A stretch of DNA of 40,429 nt, taken from assembly GCA_051942205.1 (NCBI GenBank), contig JAVECO010000079.1, forward strand, positions 62,001-102,429. Reading direction: 5' to 3'. Position 1 is the first letter of the stretch; the number at the start of each line of letters is the position of its first letter. Positions 33,208 to 40,429 of this stretch are shown here, one piece after another. The stretch comes from Coniocarpon cinnabarinum (lineage: Eukaryota). Both the position numbers and the translations under genes were made by a program. The notes beneath the pieces were generated by a model that worked only from the letters and a program-made list of their open reading frames with translations, had not been told where the DNA came from and made no database searches.

Positions 33208-35932
33208 GAGGTCAGCTCACAGTACCAGTCAACGAAATGTAAAGCGGGCCTCTTCGACTGTCGAAGTCACTGTGACGTAAATGCAGGTCCTCTCATCTGG
33301 TTTTGCAGTGGGGCCTTTGCAATGGTTCTGTTGAGTGATGGCAACTCAGACACGACCCCGGATTCTGTACAATCGTTCGAGGCGGAATGTATGTAACGGA
33401 GAATGTATGATCATGTAAATAGCCTTTGGCGAAGACGGATTGCGGCTGCGCTGTCGATTCCAAAGGGCGCGACGGGCGCCTTGCGTTGGGTCGGCGGCCT
33501 CCAGGGCGGGGAAAGAGTGGTGTCTCTTGGGTCGAAGTCAGACGAGGGGAGGCTGCTCAATTTGACGAATGGAGCGGGGAGGCCAGGCGGAGCAGGTCGG
33601 TCGCGCGAAGGGAAAGAGCCACGCAAGGGATGTGCGTGGAATGGGAACAGGAGCGTGCAGGCATTTGCGTGGGTACACAAAGGCGAGGCGGGCCTAGGTG
33701 GGAAAATGTAAGGCCTGGCGAGCGAGAGGGTCAACAAAGACGGCGTCAGGCAACAGACGCAGCCTGGTGAGGCAGCAGTAGAAGGGACGAGAGAGGAGCG
33801 CAGGCGATAGCATCGTACAAGAGCGAGGGTGTTGAGAGGAGGTGGGCGCGCATCGGGGTCGGAGGCGTGGTGGGTGGTGGTGGTGTGGTGCGTACGGGAG
33901 AGGGAGAGGCGAGGAGAGGAGGAGGAGGAGGAATTTGTGTGAGGATGAGCAGCGGCCGGTCTGCTGGGCCTTTTTTGCTGGGGCAGATCGGGAGCGTGGT
34001 GTGAGAGTTGTGCTCGCAGCTCGACGCTCACACTCTTTGGGCGTGTCTTTTTTCCTGCTTGGAGCTGGCGTCGCGGCAAGAAACGGCCCCCGCCAGAAAA
34101 AGAGTCGGCGCCATGCCCGAAGCGTGCTAGCGCGCCGCCTGCCTGTCTTTCCACCCGCGGATCCGCACGCCGCCGTTGAGCCCTCGCCCACTGCGCCTGT
34201 GTGGATGTGCTCCACCGCTGGTTCGCTCACCTGGATACCTTACCTTACTGCTGCGGTGACTGCCTGCCTCCCCGCTACGTCATGCCTCATCACCCCATCC
34301 ACCCACACTCCCAAATACTCCGTCCCCACCCTTCTTCGTACAGCGGACAGCCAAGTGCCTCGTCCAACCACAGGTGCAGCACCCTCGCCTGATAGCAGCT
34401 ACATCGACTCCCGCTGCCCATCGTACATCTACATCCTGCGTTACACACAGTCGGCAGGCCCAGACAGCGCTCCCGCGTGAGCTATCCATCCGGGGCCCCC
34501 TCCGCCGCTGTCGACGCCCGCCTCCGCGTCGGCAATCACGCATGTCGTGCTCCTGCTATTGACGCTTGATGGACCAGCTTCGACAACGTCCTCGCCGCCA
34601 TCAGCCGCCATCATGGGGTCACCCCCCCAGACGCACCTTTCCCCGCTCAGGTAAATGCCTCATCCGCTGGAGTGCAGCATCCATGCTGGTTTTTGTGAAA
34701 CAATCTGTGCGACCCCGGCTTGCGGGTCCGCGCTCCCGTTCTTCTGAATCACTACCTATCCTCGCGCTGCGTTTGCATGCGCCTCGGTCATTGTATTTGA
34801 CTAGGCGATAGCATTGGATGGAGAACCTTCCGCGGTGTGTGCAATGCTGCTGCATACTGCTTCGCCCGGGCACAGTGGCTGTCGCCTTGAGCGTCTGTGA
34901 GATGCCACAGGTGTGAACATGAAATTGTTGTCTGCTCAACACGGCTCAAGCAAATTGAAAGCATTTGCTCAATCAGCGACGTGCACGATCGCGCAGTACA
35001 AGAGTAATTGTGCCAGCGACAATTGCATTTACGCAAGTGGCAACAACTAATTCGGCAACGACAAGTTCTTTCGAAGCCCGACTCCCACCAGCGATGCATA
35101 TGCGCTTGCTTGTCCACTCTGCGTGAACGATTAAAGGTGATACGGTCGTCTACGACCACGATGTGAGCAACCCGATTGAAAGGCATCACACTCTCATGCG
35201 TAGCGTTGCTGCCGCCAATGCACCGCGATCCACTGAAGTCACAACAACCAGTGGCTAACAGTAACCGCCACCCAGAGCAAGTTGCGAACGGGGACAAAGT
35301 GAATTCATTGTTCTCCGTGAAGATGTCTTGTCATTTTCCAGCGGCCATAGTGCGCGCGATTAGGAAAATAGTGAAGGAGGTGAGTTGATACGCTGGGGAA
35401 ACAAGCGCCTACATAAACGCAATTTGGCGGAGGGAGAGTTTTGATTGGGTGGGCCAATATGACTGCCCTTTACGGAATGCCATGATACGCCCTCGGGGAT
35501 CAGTCAGGGGACCTGCAAGCACGCCTTGTTCCCGCTCCTCCCTCACTGAGCTTGCTTTTCTCGTCTTCCCTCTCCTCTTTCCCCAGCGCGCTCGACCTCG
35601 ACCGCCGCCATAATCACCCAGAGGGCCTTTTGTACAGCTTGCGGTCGACTTCGCTCTTTTAGTCGACTACTAGCCATTCGCTCTTTCCTTCCATCTTCTC
35701 CCTCCAGGTCGACTACCCAAGCGGCAGTCGCTATTCAGTCATTTAATTACAACAAGGTCACGTCACCAAGACGCAACTCCACTTGCAACCAGCGCGCGCT
35801 GTCTACTCAACAGCACTTTGCTAACTTCGATACGGTCGCCGTCGTTTGTTGTCAGCTCAGCAAAGTCTTTCGCTACCACGCTGCTCTTCACTTCTGTTTC
35901 GAACAACAATAGTGTGGTTCTTTCCACTACCA

Positions 35933-36484
35933 ATGGCTCCCAGCTTCGCACTTTACCGTCGCGACTCTTCCGACTCTTCAGTCACGGTTGACCTCACCAT
36001 CGTCCTCTTGGTTCTCCTCATCCTCAGCATCCTGAGTGTCGGCGCCCTCTGGTTTCTACGCCGCAAGCATCGTGCTCGCGAAGCCTCCCTCCTTTCAACA
36101 CACGGCCACGCGGATGGAACATTAGCTACGCCCGCTTACAAAGGACACCGCCGTCTTAGCGGAATCAGTATCTCGAAAGACGCGTCATATGCGTCCAAGA
36201 AACACTCTCCGCCTAGCTTCGTCGATGTAGAGAAACAGGAGTTCATGTCCAGCACCTCCCCTCCTCCGCCGGTCGAGAAACTTCCACAAATTTGCATCAC
36301 GTTTCCCGAAGAGGTCGACAAGGCAGGCAAGCGTCTCTCTGGTCGCTCGGTTCTCATCCATGTTGATGACAAGGGCGGGATTGGTATGGAGCCAATGCAA
36401 AACGAGCATTTGCCTCCGTACGAGTCCGGCCGCTTTGTGTCGCTCGATCTCGACCGTATTGGTGGGCTGAAAGAGAAAAATTGA
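35933..36484 (+). CDS. Small single-pass membrane protein of unknown function (183 aa)
   Basis: ATG at 35933; hydrophobic helix LTIVLLVLLILSILSVGALWFL followed by RRKHR; C-terminus PQICITFPEEVD..GKRLSGR...SLDLDRIGGLKE looks like a conserved hypothetical family (from memory, not searched). Confidence 0.75.
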   Translation: MAPSFALYRRDSSDSSVTVDLTIVLLVLLILSILSVGALWFLRRKHRAREASLLSTHGHADGTLATPAYKGHRRLSGISISKDASYASKKHSPPSFVDVEKQEFMSSTSPPPPVEKLPQICITFPEEVDKAGKRLSGRSVLIHVDDKGGIGMEPMQNEHLPPYESGRFVSLDLDRIGGLKEKN

Positions 36485-37084
36485 AAACCATTCGAATGAC
36501 CTGCGGCTACGTGAGGCGAACATCTACTAATCCCTTTCAAAGTGTCCACGTTCCCCGATTGAGTGACCATCACGAAAGCGGCGACGAGCGTAAAATGCGC
36601 AGCGACTGTGCATCATGTGCTAGCGAGAGTGGTCACGAAACAGTTGAGAAAGATCGCCTGCTGATATGCTGCGGTTCTGTTCTGTGGGATTAGCTTCATT
36701 AAAACTGTATTGATAATGTCTGTTAACGTCAGGGCATGAAGCTCCGAGCACAATTTCTATACGAAAATAATTAGAGTGTAAACAAGCCACAATGAAAGCT
36801 ATTTTGAAATTGCGCGTCTTGTTGTACGGAACAATAGGTAATTCGTGCCGTGTGTCAACTCCAATGGCAGTGTGTGAACCTCCCTGGCACCCTGCCTGTC
36901 AACTCGTGTATACCATAGGGACAAAAGGTGACATTGTAAAGACACCCTCACCTGCGGCCGATAGCGAATTGGGTTCTGTCTCAATCGCCTGAAACGTCAA
37001 GTCTCAGCATACAGATACCCAGGTGATTTACCCTCTGCGACAATACCCCGAGCCAGAAGATGGAAATCTAGAAAAGCGTCTCAG

Positions 37085-40000
37085 ATGGAAAATGGCCTTG
37101 CCAAACACCCACCGCAAAGTCCACCGCAGACGGTCAACAATACGATCGTACAGAAAAATGGGACCGCGATACTTGATCTATCCCAGACTGCAGAAGCAAG
37201 CGCAAAGAGCAAGAAGGAGGATGCGTTCAAAAGTTCTCACAGATTTCTGATCGCGTTTCTGACGCTGCTTATGTACGAGCGCTTCGCCTCGTCCCACATA
37301 GTTACTTGTGCTGACATGGCAGTGTGCTCAAAGGAATAGCAGTCTACCTATTTACCAGCGGTTTCCTGTTGACTCGTCTCGTTCTCGAATCCAAGGCGGA
37401 ATGTAATACACCTCCGATCCACCTCGCGAGCTCGTACACTCCTGGAACTGTGGACAGCGGTTGTTGGCACCCCAAAGCCTTTGACAAAGCAGTCGTCATC
37501 ATCATAGATGCCCTTCGCTACGACTTTACCGTACCCTTCCAAGCAGACCAAGGTCATGACTCGCCAAGACATTTTCACGGCGGTATACCATTGCTGCATG
37601 ACCTGGCAGTATCACAGCCTGAAAATGCTGTCCTCTTGCCATTTATTGCGGATCCTCCAACCACAACGTTGCAGCGATTGAAGGGTCTCACAACAGGTAC
37701 GCTTCCCACTTTTGTCGACGCGGGGTCAAACTTTGCGGGGACGGCTATCGATGAAGACAATCTCATTGCTCAGTTGCTCAAGGCTGAGAAGAGCGTGGTG
37801 CATCTGGGAGACGACACATGGCACTCCCTATTTCCAGGCTATTTCGAGCCTGAGTTGACGCGACCATTCGATTCGTTCAACGTGTGGGACTTACACACGG
37901 TTGACAACGGAGTGACTACCCATCTATTGCCCCTACTACAACCAAGCAATGCTTCACGATGGGACGTCATTTTTGGACACTATCTCGGTGTTGATCATGC
38001 AGGGCATCGATACGGACCGGATCATCCAGCCATGCAATTGAAGCTCCAACAAATGAACGCCGTCTTGACGAGAGTCATTGAACTCCTTGACCCCCAGACT
38101 TTATTGGTGGTAATGGGCGATCACGGCATGGACAGCAAAGGAGACCACGGTGGTGAGTCGGACGATGAGGTTGAAGCAGCGCTCTGGATGTATTCCAAGA
38201 CCAAGCGATTTGGTCGCATGTCAAAAGACACTTTACCCCCCCCGCCAACAGCGAAAGAGAGACCTGTAAATCAAATTGATCTTGTCCCTACGCTCGCCTT
38301 ACTCCTTGGTCTCCCCATACCTTTCAATAATCTGGGCGCCCCTATTCGTGAAGCCTTCATCGGTCCCAAGGGCAACGACTATCAGAGTCTCGCGTCCGTC
38401 AACGCCTTGACGTCTGCGCAAACTCGTTTGTATCAAAACGAATACGCTGCGATACGGAAGCCAGACGCGTTTGCGATGGCAGAACCCAACAGACTCTATC
38501 TCGATGCGTTTGACAGTTGGAGCTCCCGTTCACTTACGACCAGCTGGCGGGACATGGCTCAAAAGTTTGCAGATTACCAGGCTAGCAATTTGCGCGTGTG
38601 CAAAGACTTGTGGGCGCGTTTTGACCTAGTCGGCATGGCTGAGGGTATCGTCATACTGATCCTGGCCTTCGCAAACACTCTAGGATTTGCAAGTTGCACG
38701 CAAGGCGACCTGACGAAATCAGCCAGGAGGTGTCTACTCCAGGGGCTGCTCGGCGGCGGCGCGGGTGTAGTTATTGGAATCACTGCATCCGTCATTGCAC
38801 CTTCATTAGGTCTGCTTCAAACGACATCATTCGCCTTCGCTTTATGCATCAGCCTTACCATCTTCTTCAACATCTACGGCACGCGTGATCTTATCTCCTC
38901 ACTTATACCTCATTCTGTCTGGTCGCAAGCTTGCTGTATCTTCACTCTCCTGACAGCAGTCGGCTTTGGCTCCAACAGCTTCACAATCTGGGAAGACGAA
39001 ACCTCGCTCTTCTTCCTCGCGTCCTCATTACTCCTGGCATTGTCGGCTGTATTCCGCCTTGCCTCTCCTTCTCACCGACACGCCGCACTCGCTCATGTCT
39101 TCGTCATCCTGACGTCTCTGCGCTTGGCCTCGCTATCACGCCTCTGTCGCGACGAGCAAATGCCCTATTGCCGAACGACCTTCTACGCCTCGTCGACAAC
39201 CACCACGTCAGCGCCCTGGCAGCTATTCCTCTCCTGGATCGTCGCATTGACACTGCCTCAGACGATCAAGTCATTCTACCAGCGCTCTCAAAATTACACA
39301 GCTTCTGCACCCTTCTGGGTCGGTTTCGCCTTTCAAGCTGCTCTCTTCCTCATCAGTTGCTATTGGACGCTCGATGCGGCTGACGATGGCAACTGGCTTG
39401 CCGGCTCTCGACTGGCTGGACTCGATCTGAAGAGCATACGCATGTACATTGCACAGTTTATTCTCATGATTGCGGCGGGCGCCGGCTCAGCTACTTTTGC
39501 ATGGATGGCGCCGTGCTTTGGTGTTGAGCGAGGCGAAGGACCAGACGGAAACAGCCCTCAGCTGGTGCTGCACGGGACCAGCAACCTCTACGGCTCACAA
39601 TACGCGGTGCTGCCTCTAACGGTCATGCTCATTCCACTTCTCCTTGTCCAAAAGCCAATGGGCCAGTTGGCTCTGGCACTCACCTCCCTCGCCATCCTCT
39701 CCTTCCTCGAGCTGCTCACGCTCCTCCAAAAAGTACCGCGAACACGCTCGTCGTCTCAGAGACACACAACTTCTTCCCCTCAAGCCTCAACGTCCCTACC
39801 CACCCCATCAGCTAAGCAACTCCTCGAATCTGAGCTCGTGGCCTCGCGTCCACCTCCATCAGCCCGCCGCGCATTGACCACCGTTTTCGCACCTACGTTC
39901 TTCGCCTTCCTAGCGCACTTTGCATTCTTCAAGACGGGACATCAAGCCGCGCTTGCGTCCATCCAATGGGATTCTGCTTTCGTGCCGCTCAGAACGATTC

Positions 40001-40429
40001 GCTATCCCTGGGCGCCGCTCATGGTACTGCTCAATACATTCGGCGCCCAGATCCTCGGCGCACTCGTCAGCGTCTCAGGAGTCCTCTGGGGCCGGCCCTA
40101 TAAATTCGTCGGTCTCTCTCCTCACAACAATGAAAGCGACACCGTCGAACTGGGACCGAACAAGACCGCTGAAAGCAACGTTCCATCGCGAGGGGAAGAG
40201 CCAGATGCACGACACAAAGACAGACGCGAGATACTGAGTGATTGTACGAGGGCGCTGCTCACGCATACACTTGTTTACGGCGCGCTGAATCTGGCGAGTA
40301 CGGTGTTGACGGCGCATTTGCGACGGCATTTGATGCTTTATCGTGTCTTCATGCCGCGGTGGGCTCTGAGTGTTTTGGGCTCGGTTGTGGTTGAGCTCGT
40401 CGGGACGTGGATGGCTTTGGGGTGGGGGG
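37085..40429 (+). CDS. GPI13: GPI ethanolamine-phosphate transferase 3 (Gpi13/PIG-O); intron 37273..37322; 3' end outside the window
   Basis: Missing as a full ORF from the supplied track. Spliced translation gives LFTSGFLLTRL, IIIDALRYDF, ADPPTTTLQRLKGLTTGTLPTFVDAGSNF, HYLGVDHAGHRYGP, MGDHGMDSKGDHGG, FFKTGHQA and HLRRHLMLYRVFMPR. Confidence 0.95.

Noticed and set aside
33411..35297. Long overlapping ORFs between PUF3 and the small membrane protein
   Set aside because: Low-complexity GC-rich intergenic or leader sequence with no protein-family signature.

Overview
Eukaryotic genomic DNA from a filamentous ascomycete (Pezizomycotina; Dothideomycete-like is my inference). Introns are short GT-AG with CTRAC/CTAAT branch sites. 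Two blocks of conserved genes flank an accessory interval of about 12 kb (~14.0-26.4 kb). Left block: Na+/H+ antiporter 3' part, Sfp1-type C2H2 factor, F-box protein, Ngg1/Ada3, DUF1640 protein. Right block: glucosidase I/Cwh41, snRNP-27K, Puf3-type Pumilio, a small membrane protein, Gpi13 (runs off the window). The interval contains (i) three co-oriented tRNA-scaffold RNA genes about 500 bp apart, whose anticodon loop is replaced by ~75-nt hairpin-rich inserts that differ between copies (copies 1 and 2 are both 140 nt and show compensatory stem changes), plus a fourth convergent A-box/B-box element; (ii) a decayed PNP_UDP-NACHT-ankyrin NLR gene; (iii) an intact TPR + GDPD-like phosphodiesterase fusion; (iv) an intact CorA-like membrane protein gene. 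The tRNA-scaffold array is the best candidate for something undescribed. All family calls come from manual motif reading; no searches were run.
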